DNA from: Nitrosopumilus sp.
GTDB taxonomy: Archaea; Thermoproteota; Nitrososphaeria; Nitrososphaerales; Nitrosopumilaceae
Reading direction: 5' to 3'
Length of the DNA stretch: 64,000 nucleotides
NCBI GenBank assembly: GCA_963667665.2
Contig: OY763927.2
Coordinates: 1,792,001-1,856,000 of the forward strand
Position numbers and translations under genes: made by a program. The first letter of the stretch is position 1. Each line of letters begins with the position of its first letter. Below the pieces are notes generated by a model. It did no database searches and was not told where the DNA came from. It saw nothing but the letters and a program-made list of their open reading frames with translations. Below, piece by piece: positions 10,839-20,998 of the stretch.

Positions 10839-11594
10839 ATGGATGAAATAAATAAAAAATTACTTGAAAATATTAAAAATTCAATTTCTGAAACTGTTAA
10901 AGAAAAGAAAATTGGAATTGCTTTTTCTGGAGGTGTTGATAGTACATTAATTTCAAAAATTTGCTCAGACATGGATTATGATATTACATTATTGACAATT
11001 GGATTCGCAGAATCTCATGATATTTTATTTGCAAAAGAAGTCAATGAACAATTAAACTATCCTCACCATGTTCTAGAAATTGATTCAGAAACATTTCATT
11101 CTATTTCATTAAAAATTCAACAAACAATAAAAACTGAAAATCTATCATGGAATGAAAATTGTATTGCATTTCATTATGTTTCTCAACTAGCAAAAAGCTT
11201 AGATCTTGATACAGTAATCACTGCAAATGGAATAGATGAATTATTTTGTGGTTACAATGCATATAGAGAAGCAATTTCTGAAGGTGAATCTAAAATTCAT
11301 GAAGTTATGATCTCTAAATTAGATAATGAACTAAAAATGATGAAGGCTGTGAATCTAATTGCATCAGAGTTTGGTGTAAAAATTATTCAGCCATTACTAT
11401 CTTCAAAATTTATAGAGTATGCCAAAACTATTCCTTTGTCTGAGAAAATTCATGATTCAGATGATTTGTATCGTAAACATATCATAAGAAAATTAGCTAG
11501 TCAAATCAATGTTCCAGAAATTTCTTGTACAAAAAGAAAAAAGGCATTACAATATGGTTCTAAAATTCATAAAGCATTACTAAAAACTAGATAA
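10839..11594 (+). CDS. Asparagine synthase-like ATP pyrophosphatase (C-terminal domain only)
   Basis: PP-loop FSGGVDS, NGIDELFCGY, KKALQYGS. No glutaminase domain. Confidence 0.85.
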   Translation: MDEINKKLLENIKNSISETVKEKKIGIAFSGGVDSTLISKICSDMDYDITLLTIGFAESHDILFAKEVNEQLNYPHHVLEIDSETFHSISLKIQQTIKTENLSWNENCIAFHYVSQLAKSLDLDTVITANGIDELFCGYNAYREAISEGESKIHEVMISKLDNELKMMKAVNLIASEFGVKIIQPLLSSKFIEYAKTIPLSEKIHDSDDLYRKHIIRKLASQINVPEISCTKRKKALQYGSKIHKALLKTR

Positions 11595-12951
11595 ATTTTT
11601 TAACTGTATTTTGAACTGATTTCTTTACGTTATTAATTATCATAGGTGACGCACCAAGATGTTTCTCTGGTGAAAATATAGATTCAATTTCTTTACTAGT
11701 TAATTTTGAAGAAAATGCTTTATCGTTTTTGATGGCATCCATGTATTGCATTCCTTTGTCATTTGCCAAAAATGCAACTCTTTGAACATCTTTGTAGGCT
11801 ACAAATCTTGGAACGCCTTTTTTGATTAATGCCTCTAAAACAAATTCTGCAAAGATTTGCCCCTTTGTGATGTAAAGATTCTCTACAATTCTTTTCTCAT
11901 TTACCATCAAGTTTGAAATAATTCTAGTCATGGTTTCTAGCATTTCATCAACTAGAATGGCTACTGTTGGGAGTACAAATCTCTCATTTGCTGAATTTGA
12001 AAGATCTCGTTCATGCCATAATGGAATATTTTCAAAAGCTATTCCTACCTGACTTCGTACCATTTTAGATAATGATGATATTCTTTCACTTTTGATTGGA
12101 TTTCTTTTAACTGGAACTGCACTACTGCCCATTTGTCCCTTCTTGAACTGCTCTGCAACTTCCCCAATCTCAGTTCTCTGCAAATTTCTAATCTCTACTG
12201 CAATTTTTTCCAAAGTTGCACCAATTAATGCTAATTCAAACACATATTCTGCATATCTCTCCCTTGGAACAACCTGAGTGGTTACTTCTGCAGAGTATAA
12301 CTTCAAGCGTTTTGCAACTCTTTTTTGAACCTCAAGTGATTTTGCACCCATTAAGGAACCAGTTCCTACAACACCTAGTGTCTTACAAATTAGAATTCTT
12401 TTCTTAATCTCTTCAATTCTTTCTACATGTTTTGCCATCTCTGCTGCCCAATTTGCAAATTTTAATCCAAATGAAATGATACTTGCATGTTGTCCATGAG
12501 TTCTACCAACAGCTGGAATCTTTTCATATTTTACAGCTTTTTTCGCTAGAATTGTTGCTAATTTTGCAACTTTTGGTTCAATTATTTTTAATGCATCACG
12601 CATTTGCATGGAATTACTTGTATCTACCAAATCATTACTTGTTAATCCATAATGAATCCATGGTCTAACCTCTTTAGTACATTTTTCATTTAATGATTCA
12701 ACTAGTGCTGCAGTATCGTGATCACTTTTTGCTTCAAGTTGTTTGATTCTTTTTGCAGTGATTTTTCCTGATAATGCTGCTTTGAAAATTTTTTTCCCAA
12801 CTGTTTTAGGAATAATTCCAATCTCACTTTGTGAAATAGCTGCTGCACCTTCAATCTCTAATTGATAATTGATTTTCTTTTGTTCACTAAAAATTTCTAT
12901 CATTTCTTTAGTGCCATAACGACCATTGTCTATAGGTAAAATTGCCAACAT
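11587..12951 (-). CDS. purB: Adenylosuccinate lyase
   Basis: Motifs HYGLTSND, GRTHGQHA, GSSAVPVKRNP, WHERDL. Confidence 0.96.
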   Translation of the reverse strand: MLAILPIDNGRYGTKEMIEIFSEQKKINYQLEIEGAAAISQSEIGIIPKTVGKKIFKAALSGKITAKRIKQLEAKSDHDTAALVESLNEKCTKEVRPWIHYGLTSNDLVDTSNSMQMRDALKIIEPKVAKLATILAKKAVKYEKIPAVGRTHGQHASIISFGLKFANWAAEMAKHVERIEEIKKRILICKTLGVVGTGSLMGAKSLEVQKRVAKRLKLYSAEVTTQVVPRERYAEYVFELALIGATLEKIAVEIRNLQRTEIGEVAEQFKKGQMGSSAVPVKRNPIKSERISSLSKMVRSQVGIAFENIPLWHERDLSNSANERFVLPTVAILVDEMLETMTRIISNLMVNEKRIVENLYITKGQIFAEFVLEALIKKGVPRFVAYKDVQRVAFLANDKGMQYMDAIKNDKAFSSKLTSKEIESIFSPEKHLGASPMIINNVKKSVQNTVKKFI

Positions 12952-13062
12952 TATGATTTTAATTTATGAGAAAATAAATCTACTTCTTTTCTAATTTTGT
13001 GCGTATGGAGCTATTTTGATATGATCTAGCCTCAAAAAATTGTTCTTTTTTAGATTAATCTG

Positions 13063-13260
13063 CTAATAACGAGATTTTCTCACTGTTGCAATTTTCTTTT
13101 GTGATCTGGGTGTTTTTGTTTTGGCCTTGGCTTTGCTTACTTTACCTTCTTTTTTGATACTTTTTCCACTTCTTCGTGCAGCTCTTAAAGCGCTTGCTCT
13201 AACTTTTTGCTGTTTTTTCTGTTCTTCTATTTCTTTTTTAGTTAATTTTTTTCTAACCAC
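13063..13260 (-). CDS. Small highly basic hypothetical protein
   Basis: 65-aa K/R-rich ORF. Confidence 0.55.
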   Translation of the reverse strand: MVRKKLTKKEIEEQKKQQKVRASALRAARRSGKSIKKEGKVSKAKAKTKTPRSQKKIATVRKSRY

Positions 13261-13328
13261 AAAACAGAATCTATTTTACCCTAGATAAATTAGCTCATTA
13301 ATTTCAAGTAAGAGTATTATCCTAAAAA

Positions 13329-13484
13329 TTAATTTTGTTTAATTCCTGTTTCTGATAATACCCACTCTAAAGCTTTGAAATAACCTTGTTTGAAATTTCT
13401 TTCATCAATTGCCCAATCTGGATTTGCTCTTAGTTCTGTAAGTAATTGATCTGCTTTTTGTGTGATTGTTGCTTTATCTAACAT
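13329..13484 (-). CDS. Small hypothetical protein (51 aa)
   Basis: Hand translation MLDKATITQKADQLLTELRANPDWAIDERNFKQGYFKALEWVLSETGIKQN. Fills the intergenic gap. Confidence 0.6.
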   Translation of the reverse strand: MLDKATITQKADQLLTELRANPDWAIDERNFKQGYFKALEWVLSETGIKQN

Positions 13485-13572
13485 ATTTTAGAATAAATTC
13501 TAATTAATTTAAAATTCTTTACAATTCTTCTGATGATTTAAATTGGATTGAAAGAAAATTTCACCGATATAC

Positions 13573-15021
13573 ATGTCTTCTAGTACTTCAAAAAAAATTG
13601 GAGAAAACCAATATCAAATTGATGCTGATTCTAATCTTGGAATGAAAGTTCCTGTGAGGATTTATGCTGATGAACCACTACTACAAAAAATGTTATCTGG
13701 TAGAACAATTACGCAGGCACAAAATGTTTCATGTATTCCTGGAATAGTTGGTCAAAGTATTGTTTTGCCTGATGGTCATGAGGGATATGGTTTCCCAGTT
13801 GGTGGTGTTGCAGCTATGGATGCAGAAGAAGGAATGATTAGTCCAGGTGGTGTTGGATATGATATTAATTGTGGAGTCAGATTACTTCGAACTAATTTAA
13901 CAGAACAAGCAGTTCGCTCAAAACTAAAAGAACTTGTTACTGATCTTTTTAGCTCTATTCCTTCAGGTGTAGGCTCTAAAGGCGCAGTTAGACTTAGTCC
14001 TTCAGAACTTGATGAAGTTTTGGTAAGAGGAGTTGACTGGGCAATTGATCATGGATATGGTTCAACAAATGATTCTGATGTTTGTGAAGAGAATGGTAAA
14101 ATTCCAAATGCTGATCCAAATAAAGTTTCAGATAGGGCAAGAAAAAGAGGAGCTCCGCAACTTGGAAGCTTAGGTTCTGGAAATCATTTTCTTGAAGTAC
14201 AAAAAGTTGCAGAAATTCATGATGAAGAGGCAGCAAAAAGAATGGGAATTAAAGAAGGAACTATTACAGTTTTAATTCATTGCGGTTCTAGAGGATTTGG
14301 TCATCAAGTATGTAGTGATTATCTTAGAGTTGCAGAACAAGCAATGGCAAAATATGATATCAATTTACCCGATAGAGAGCTTGCATGTGTTCCAAATACT
14401 TCTGAGGAAGGAGAGTCTTACAGAAAAGCAATGTTTGCAGCATTAAATTTTGCATGGAGTAATAGACAAATGATTACTCATTGGACTAGAAAATCTTTTG
14501 AACGTGTATTTAATCAAACAGAATCTGATCTTGATATGAAATTAGTTTATGATGTTGCACATAACATTGCAAAAATAGAAAAACACAAAGTTGATGGAAA
14601 AGAACGAAAAGTAGTTGTTCATAGAAAAGGTGCAACTAGAGCATTTCCTGCAAATCGTGATGAAATACCTTCAAAATATCGTGATTTGGGACAACCTGTA
14701 TTGGTTCCAGGCTCTATGGGAACTGCAAGTTGGATTTTGCTTGGTCAACCCAATTCTATGGATTTGAGTTTTGGCTCAACTGCACATGGTGCTGGAAGGA
14801 CAATGTCAAGAACCAAGGCGAGGAGAAATTATAATGAAAATGACGTTAAAAAATCTCTAAATGATAAGGGCATATTTATCAAGGCATTAACCCGAGATGG
14901 AATTGTGGAAGAAACTCCTCAAGCGTACAAAGATGTTGATGCTGTAGTTAATGTGTCTCACAATCTAGGAATTGCCACAAAAGTTGCAAAATTAGTGCCT
15001 ATTGGTGTGATTAAGGGTTGA
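13573..15021 (+). CDS. rtcB: tRNA-splicing ligase RtcB
   Basis: Motifs PDGHEGYGFPVG, GYDINCGVR, GSGNHF, HCGSRG, HRKGAT, HGAGR. Confidence 0.97.
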   Translation: MSSSTSKKIGENQYQIDADSNLGMKVPVRIYADEPLLQKMLSGRTITQAQNVSCIPGIVGQSIVLPDGHEGYGFPVGGVAAMDAEEGMISPGGVGYDINCGVRLLRTNLTEQAVRSKLKELVTDLFSSIPSGVGSKGAVRLSPSELDEVLVRGVDWAIDHGYGSTNDSDVCEENGKIPNADPNKVSDRARKRGAPQLGSLGSGNHFLEVQKVAEIHDEEAAKRMGIKEGTITVLIHCGSRGFGHQVCSDYLRVAEQAMAKYDINLPDRELACVPNTSEEGESYRKAMFAALNFAWSNRQMITHWTRKSFERVFNQTESDLDMKLVYDVAHNIAKIEKHKVDGKERKVVVHRKGATRAFPANRDEIPSKYRDLGQPVLVPGSMGTASWILLGQPNSMDLSFGSTAHGAGRTMSRTKARRNYNENDVKKSLNDKGIFIKALTRDGIVEETPQAYKDVDAVVNVSHNLGIATKVAKLVPIGVIKG

Positions 15022-15434
15022 GTGAAAAAGATTTTGAACTTGAACGATTAAAGGCCAAAAGACTTGCTGAAATGCAAAAAAATATCTCCACAAAACAAGA
15101 AATTGAAAAAACTCAAGAACTTGAGAAAGACAAACCAAAAGAAAACCCACGCGATTTACTAGTTAAGCAATTGGGATTTAGAGGATTAGAAGTTTTAGAA
15201 AATGCAGAATCTCAATTTCCAAATGAAACTAAAATGATAGTAGAAAAATTATCTGAGTTAATTAAGACAGGTGAAATCAATGAAGTTATTGACGGAGGAA
15301 AATTATTAACATTATTTAGATCAATTGGACTAAGTGTTAGAATGGCAACAAAAATCAATATTGAACAAGATGGAAAATTTGTATCTTTAAGTGACAAACT
15401 TAGTAGCAAGCCATCAGATGATCGTGATGAATAA
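15018..15434 (+). CDS. PDCD5-family dsDNA-binding protein
   Basis: N-terminal ELERLKAKRLAEMQ and helical C-terminus (LIKTGEI...LLTLF). Confidence 0.75.
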   Translation: MSEKDFELERLKAKRLAEMQKNISTKQEIEKTQELEKDKPKENPRDLLVKQLGFRGLEVLENAESQFPNETKMIVEKLSELIKTGEINEVIDGGKLLTLFRSIGLSVRMATKINIEQDGKFVSLSDKLSSKPSDDRDE

Positions 15435-15745
15435 TGAGTGTTACTTTAGAAATTAAAACAAAAAATTACGTAGATGATTTATTATCAATTAAAAAATCAC
15501 TTTCTCATATGGAAACTATTGTAGAACAATATAATGGATATGTTCTTAGTGAACCAGAAACAAAGTTTGGCTGGACATTTTTCAAATTAGCATTCAAACC
15601 AAATCTACAAACTGGTATAGAAGAAAAATTTGCTGACATGCTGCAAAAATATCCCAGAGGTGATCAACCACAAAAATTTGCAAAATTTATGATAGACTAT
15701 TTTCATTCTAGAGATTGTGATGCAATAATAAAAGGAGATGACTAG
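15434..15745 (+). CDS. Hypothetical protein
   Basis: 103-aa ORF coupled to the upstream stop (TAATG). Confidence 0.7.
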   Translation: MSVTLEIKTKNYVDDLLSIKKSLSHMETIVEQYNGYVLSEPETKFGWTFFKLAFKPNLQTGIEEKFADMLQKYPRGDQPQKFAKFMIDYFHSRDCDAIIKGDD

Positions 15746-16248
15746 ACTCTTCTTCCTCTTTTTCCACCTTTCTTTCTAGTGGTGTCGTGAGGAATAGGTG
15801 TTACATCATCAATTCTTCCAATCTTAAATCCGCCTCTTGCTAATGCTCTAATGGCAGCTTGTGCACCTGGTCCAGGTACTCTAGAACCAACTCCACCTAC
15901 TGCACGAACTCTGATATGGAATCCATCGAATCCTTTATTTTTTGCAGATTCAACTACTGCATTTGCAGCTTTCATTGCAGCAAATGGTGATGATTCGTAT
16001 CTGTCAGCATTGACATGTATGCCCCCAGAACTGATGGCGACAGTTTCTCCACCCGTAAGATCAGTTAGATGAATAATTGTATTATTGTAACTACTGTAAA
16101 TATGAACAATTCCCCATTTTTCAGGACCTTGTTTTTTTACCTCTGGTTGGGATTTTGTTTCAACTTTAGCCTCGGATTTTACTTCCTCAACCGGTACTTC
16201 AGTCTCTTTAACTGAAACTTCCTCAACTTTAGCCTCGGTTTCTGACAA
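15742..16248 (-). CDS. rps11: 30S ribosomal protein uS11
   Basis: Motifs [43 protein letters not shown]. Confidence 0.97.
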   Translation of the reverse strand: MSETEAKVEEVSVKETEVPVEEVKSEAKVETKSQPEVKKQGPEKWGIVHIYSSYNNTIIHLTDLTGGETVAISSGGIHVNADRYESSPFAAMKAANAVVESAKNKGFDGFHIRVRAVGGVGSRVPGPGAQAAIRALARGGFKIGRIDDVTPIPHDTTRKKGGKRGRRV

Positions 16249-16364
16249 TGTCTACACACGTCTTAAAGGGTTTAAAATACATTGATTTTCTAATCTTGCC
16301 TTAATTTACTTACTTTGCATAAAATTAATGATTATTCATATACTGTGATTAACTGGATCTTTTA

Positions 16365-16685
16365 GTGGTATCAATTCTTCTGGTGGCTATTGGAATTGGA
16401 ATTGCAACTGCTTTACTAGGATCTATAGGATTTCAGTTTCTAACACCGATTAATGATTTAGTTTTGTCTCCCTTGGAAGAAAAATGTCAACTAATCGCAA
16501 ATGAAGGATACAAAATTCATGCAATTTATCCAGGTTCAAGTCTTGATGAACTTCCTGATGATGATATGAAACTAATGCAGTACTTGGATGAAAAATGGAT
16601 GAAAGAATGTGTTTCTGTTCTTCCAGCTGATTCCATAATTAATATTGCAAATAATGTAGATAGAGAATTTTTTTCTGGGGAATAA
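16365..16685 (+). CDS. Membrane-anchored hypothetical protein
   Basis: N-terminal transmembrane helix, 106 aa. Confidence 0.65.
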   Translation: MVSILLVAIGIGIATALLGSIGFQFLTPINDLVLSPLEEKCQLIANEGYKIHAIYPGSSLDELPDDDMKLMQYLDEKWMKECVSVLPADSIINIANNVDREFFSGE

Positions 16686-17636
16686 TTATCTAAAATGTTT
16701 CCATCCTAAATCTTTCAAACGAGTGTATCTATTATTTTCTTGAAGATAAACTCCTTTACCTGATGTGACATATCCAATTTCAATAATTGGTGTTTTAAGC
16801 AATTTTGCATTTTTTATTATTATTTGTCTATGTTTGGGAGATATTGTAAATACAATTTCATATTCTTCTCCTCCATGAAAAATTAATTTGTTTAAATCAA
16901 ATTTTTGAGATTTTGCATAATATTGTAAATCTTTCATTGAAGGTATGTTATTAATGACAAATTTTTTCTTACTCTGTTTTGACATTTCATTTAAAGTGGT
17001 AGATAATCCATCACTAGAATCCATTGATGATGAAAAATATTTTTTATTTTTTATTCCAAATTTGAGTTTTGGATTTGGTTTTAATACTGATTTGATAGAT
17101 TTTTTAACAAAATTCTCTTTTCCCTTTTTCTTACCAAGAAGCATGTTCAATCCTGCTGAAGTATAACCAAATGACCCAGTCACAAATATCAGATCCTTCT
17201 TTTTAGATCCTTTTCTGCTGACTAGATTATCGGTTTTTCCAAAAATACATACATTAAACACAATTTCTTTGCCTGCATTTGTGTCACCACCAAGAATTGA
17301 AATACCATATTCATCACATGCTTTTCTGAAACCTTTTCCAATCTCTTCAATTTTTGAGCGTGAAATAGTCCTTGGTAGATTTACAGAAATAATTCCATAT
17401 TGAGGCTTGATTCCTTTTGCAGCAAAATCACTTACACATGCAACAATACTTTTTCTTGCAGCATCTGCTAATTTCATTTTAGATGGAATATCTGTACTTT
17501 CTACTAGAGTGTCTGTTTTAGCTACGATTTTGGTTTTACCTAAATTAAAAATTTCAACATCTTCTGAGACAAATTTCTTATTTCCTAATTTACTCTGAAA
17601 AATTTTGATTATTGAAGATTCATCTAACTTGGTCAT
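16686..17636 (-). CDS. thiL: Thiamine-monophosphate kinase
   Basis: Motifs TDTLVESTD, VSDFAAKG, GGDT, DSSDGL, GGEEYE, GWKHF. Confidence 0.92.
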   Translation of the reverse strand: MTKLDESSIIKIFQSKLGNKKFVSEDVEIFNLGKTKIVAKTDTLVESTDIPSKMKLADAARKSIVACVSDFAAKGIKPQYGIISVNLPRTISRSKIEEIGKGFRKACDEYGISILGGDTNAGKEIVFNVCIFGKTDNLVSRKGSKKKDLIFVTGSFGYTSAGLNMLLGKKKGKENFVKKSIKSVLKPNPKLKFGIKNKKYFSSSMDSSDGLSTTLNEMSKQSKKKFVINNIPSMKDLQYYAKSQKFDLNKLIFHGGEEYEIVFTISPKHRQIIIKNAKLLKTPIIEIGYVTSGKGVYLQENNRYTRLKDLGWKHFR

Positions 17637-18918
17637 AACTTTGTTTCACTAGTTCTAATGTGTCTTTAATAATTTTTTTACATTTTTCTTCATCATTTGA
17701 TTCTGCTGAAACTCTTATGATCTCTTCGGTGTTTGATTTTCTAATCAAAACCCAACTGTTCTCATCAATTGTTCCTTTAATTCCATCTAATGTATTAATT
17801 TCTGAATATTCTTTTGAAAATTTAGAACTTACTTTTTCAATTACTTTATCATGAAAATTTGAATCAACTTCAATTTTTTCTCTTATTTGACTAAACTTTT
17901 CCATATAGTTTAAAATTTCATCAAATTTTGGATTACCCAGCATCGAACAAATTAATCCGCTGGTAAGAATTCCTTCTCTACAATAATTGAACTCTGGTAA
18001 AATAAAACCTGCACTGCTTCCTTCTCCTCCAGCTTGAGCATTTGTTTTCAACATGAGATCTATGACATTTGCTTCTCCAACTTTCGATCTTTGAACAGTT
18101 CCTCCTTTCTCAATGATGAATTTTTCAATCGATATGCTTGTATCAATACTTAAAACAAATTTTTTGTATCCTAATTCCAAAGTTTTTGCAACACCTAATC
18201 CTAGTGTTACATCTGGAATCTGCTTTTTTCCGTTTTTAACTACCACTAAACGATCTGCATCTAAATCAAATGCAAATCCAATTTCTTTTTTATTGGATGC
18301 TGAAATTAATTCAGATAATTTATCAGATGTAGGATCAGGACCTCTAGAGCATCCTGAAAGTTCTTCATTAATAATTTCAACTTTACATCCAATTTTTTTT
18401 AGTAAATCAGGTGCATATCCTTTTGCAGCACCACCTCCGATATCTACTACTACTTCTGGTTGATTTTCGATATCTCCTATGATTTTTGCTGCATCATCAA
18501 TGTATGATGATGAAATATCTTGTTCAGTTCCAATTTTTGATTTTAAAATTTCTTGATGTTCAATAATTTGTGGTAATTCCTCTTCATTAATTCCTCTACC
18601 TTCAATAATGAATTTCATCCCATTCCATTTTATTGGATTATGAGATGAAGAAATTACTAATCCAGCACCATATTTTCTTGCTTCTCTAAAAACTACTGGA
18701 GTTGGAACTGTTTCTAAATTGAATACATCAATTCCATTTTTCATTAATGCAGCACTGGCTGTATCTTTCACCATGGAACCTGATGGTCTTGTGTCTTTTC
18801 CAATGACACATTTTTGTGATTTAATTAAAGATGAAAAATTATTACAAAATTCTAATACATCTTTTAGGTTAAGATCATCTCCAAATATTCCTCGAATCCC
18901 CGAAATTGTTTTCTTCAA
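17620..18918 (-). CDS. Alpha-D-phosphohexomutase (phosphomannomutase/phosphoglucosamine mutase)
   Basis: Motifs SSHNP, FDLDADR, GGEGS, RKSNTE. Confidence 0.92.
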   Translation of the reverse strand: MKKTISGIRGIFGDDLNLKDVLEFCNNFSSLIKSQKCVIGKDTRPSGSMVKDTASAALMKNGIDVFNLETVPTPVVFREARKYGAGLVISSSHNPIKWNGMKFIIEGRGINEEELPQIIEHQEILKSKIGTEQDISSSYIDDAAKIIGDIENQPEVVVDIGGGAAKGYAPDLLKKIGCKVEIINEELSGCSRGPDPTSDKLSELISASNKKEIGFAFDLDADRLVVVKNGKKQIPDVTLGLGVAKTLELGYKKFVLSIDTSISIEKFIIEKGGTVQRSKVGEANVIDLMLKTNAQAGGEGSSAGFILPEFNYCREGILTSGLICSMLGNPKFDEILNYMEKFSQIREKIEVDSNFHDKVIEKVSSKFSKEYSEINTLDGIKGTIDENSWVLIRKSNTEEIIRVSAESNDEEKCKKIIKDTLELVKQSYDQVR

Positions 18919-18971
18919 TTATTCCAACTCGGAAAGACTTTTTATTAACTCTGATGGATTTATCCAAACGT

Positions 18972-19045
18972 GCCTTGGTAGCTCAGCCTGGTAGAGCGAA
19001 CGCCTCGTAAGCGTTAGGTCGCGGGTTCGTACCCCGTCCGAGGCT
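18972..19045 (+). tRNA. tRNA-Thr(CGT)
   Basis: GCCTTGG/CCGAGGC acceptor stem, AACGC-CTCGTAA-GCGTT anticodon arm, TTCGTAC T-loop. Confidence 0.95.
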
Positions 19046-19256
19046 TTTCTTGTAAAATTTTTAAAATTATCTAGGAGATTCTTAAGAGATTATTCAATGA
19101 ATGTTTCAATATCTGTTTCTAATTCTTTTCCTAACCCTTTCCACCACTGTTTAGTTTGTTCTGCCATATGCCCCTCATACTTTACGTAAAATTATCCTTT
19201 ATAGATCTGTCGATTGATCCATGATTGACCCTTTGATAGCAAATTCTAAAATACCT

Positions 19257-19499
19257 CTAACTTTCTTTCTCTTCTTTCTTTCTTTTTATTTTTCTATAAA
19301 CTATTATCATGAGTGCAGCACCTGCACAGCCCCAAAATAATGGCGATAATCCCGGTTCAATAGTTGGTTGTAATATTCCCATAAAACCCAATGACATTAT
19401 TGCTACAAGAACTAATCCCAACATTTCAAGCATTTTCACCATAATTTTTCTATTATCACCTTGTAAAATCAAAAAGATATATGGTTTTGTAAACCACAC
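19257..19499 (-). CDS. Small two-TM membrane protein (true start probably near 19442)
   Basis: Two hydrophobic segments followed by a basic tail. Confidence 0.6.
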   Translation of the reverse strand: MWFTKPYIFLILQGDNRKIMVKMLEMLGLVLVAIMSLGFMGILQPTIEPGLSPLFWGCAGAALMIIVYRKIKRKKEEKES

Positions 19500-19504
19500 A
19501 ATTT

Positions 19505-19711
19505 ATGGACAAATATCTTATGGTGCTTCTAATGTTTATGATTGTAACTATAGGTATAGCATTTGTAGATCCTGCTACTGGAGAATTTCGATTAATTCTC
19601 CCATTATTTTATGGCGGAATTGCAGGTTTCGCAATTATTATTGTTTATAGCTCCTATACAGAAAGAAAAGAACGACAAAAAGCAAATGCTAAGAGAAGAG
19701 CTAGAAAATAG
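19505..19711 (+). CDS. Small two-TM membrane protein
   Basis: Two hydrophobic helices and a basic C-terminus. Confidence 0.65.
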   Translation: MDKYLMVLLMFMIVTIGIAFVDPATGEFRLILPLFYGGIAGFAIIIVYSSYTERKERQKANAKRRARK

Positions 19712-19714
19712 ATT

Positions 19715-19996
19715 TTAAAGTTCTAATCCAAATGATTCTGCAATACCTGCAAATTTTACATAAGAGTCCAAATATTGTCTACCTTTTCCAGTAATTACAA
19801 AAGTATTCTTACCATCAAATTCAATTTTATTAATTAGACCAGCGCCAGTCAAATTCTCTAAGAATTTACCTAATCTTGAATGTGATAAGTTAGCCTTTGT
19901 TAGAAGAGATGTTGTTTTGATGCCTTCTTGTCCTGATTGTTCAGTAACAGTCAATAGATCTGCAACTATCTGCATACTGGTTCTATAGGAAGCCAT
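19715..19996 (-). CDS. Winged-helix transcriptional regulator
   Basis: Pattern YRT..QIVADLL, KANLS, ITGKGRQYL of archaeal winged-helix proteins. Confidence 0.85.
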   Translation of the reverse strand: MASYRTSMQIVADLLTVTEQSGQEGIKTTSLLTKANLSHSRLGKFLENLTGAGLINKIEFDGKNTFVITGKGRQYLDSYVKFAGIAESFGLEL

Positions 19997-20080
19997 ATGA
20001 GCTTTTGTATAAAACTAAGATATAAGAGTATTACCGTTCATTCAGATCAGATAAATATACTCTAACATGATTTTTCTGCA

Positions 20081-20671
20081 ATGTCTTCTCATTCTTCTAT
20101 TCCTTGGTTTGATGACTTTATGGGCGTTGCTTACCGATATTATGACCTTAGAATGAATGTTGTTCCTTTACTAACTGACAGAAAACAATCCGCATCTCTT
20201 TGGCGTGATACTATTCATTGGTGGGTAAATCCATCAATCAAAATCCGATTTGTAGAAATGGGTGATAAATACTGGTTTATTCTGGGTTCAGATTCTCAAA
20301 AACCGGATACTAATCTGTCTTTTTTCAAAGTATTACACAAATCTGAAAATTATGAGCGATTTAAGAAAGGTCATGGAGGAGAGGCATATCTTCGATTAGG
20401 TGTATATGCAAAAAAAACACTTAGTGATGTAAAAAAGAATGCTTTGTGCAATTGTAGTCATGAAGCTAGAGATCATGATGAAGGAGATGATGATGTATGT
20501 TTGTATAACAATTGTGATTGCAAAAAATTTGCTAGTTTTCAGGTAAACTTGTCAAAAAGAAAAAAAACAATTACTGATATTGTATTTTTAGAAGAAAAAG
20601 ATGTAAAAGATGATCCTCTTGCATGGAATTGTCTTAATGTAAATAAATATTCAAAATCAGAACAAAACTAA
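20081..20671 (+). CDS. Hypothetical protein with Cys/His metal-binding motif
   Basis: CNCSH...H...C...CDC. Confidence 0.7.
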   Translation: MSSHSSIPWFDDFMGVAYRYYDLRMNVVPLLTDRKQSASLWRDTIHWWVNPSIKIRFVEMGDKYWFILGSDSQKPDTNLSFFKVLHKSENYERFKKGHGGEAYLRLGVYAKKTLSDVKKNALCNCSHEARDHDEGDDDVCLYNNCDCKKFASFQVNLSKRKKTITDIVFLEEKDVKDDPLAWNCLNVNKYSKSEQN

Positions 20672-20871
20672 TCTAAATGCTTGTTTACTCTTACATGTTC
20701 TCCAGGATAGTGTTCACCAATTTTTTTTGAATAGCATTTTCCACACAAGAAACCTTCTATCTTCCATTCTTCCATAGACTTGTAATGAAGTTCGATTTCT
20801 TCACTACAAATTGCACATTTGTGTTTTGTTCCCAAAGCTACTTTTCTCTTTTTAGTCGATATAAAAAACAT
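20668..20871 (-). CDS. Small zinc-finger protein
   Basis: CAIC...LCGKC. Confidence 0.7.
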   Translation of the reverse strand: MFFISTKKRKVALGTKHKCAICSEEIELHYKSMEEWKIEGFLCGKCYSKKIGEHYPGEHVRVNKHLD

Positions 20872-20930
20872 TCTGGAATAAACTGTACCTGAAAAATTAT
20901 GTTAAATATCCCTTATTTGTATTAAATTTA

Positions 20931-20990
20931 GGTAGGCTGTCTGACCAATGTAAACCTCCTGCAAGATTTTTACTTGGTTGGACTTCTACC
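20931..20990 (+). ncRNA. Candidate structured small RNA (long hairpin)
   Basis: GGTAGG/TCTACC, GTCTGACCAA/TTGGTTGGAC and GTAAA/TTTAC pair on the + strand with G-U pairs. TTAAATAT lies about 25 nt upstream and TTTT follows. Confidence 0.4.
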
Positions 20991-20998
20991 TTTTGAAT

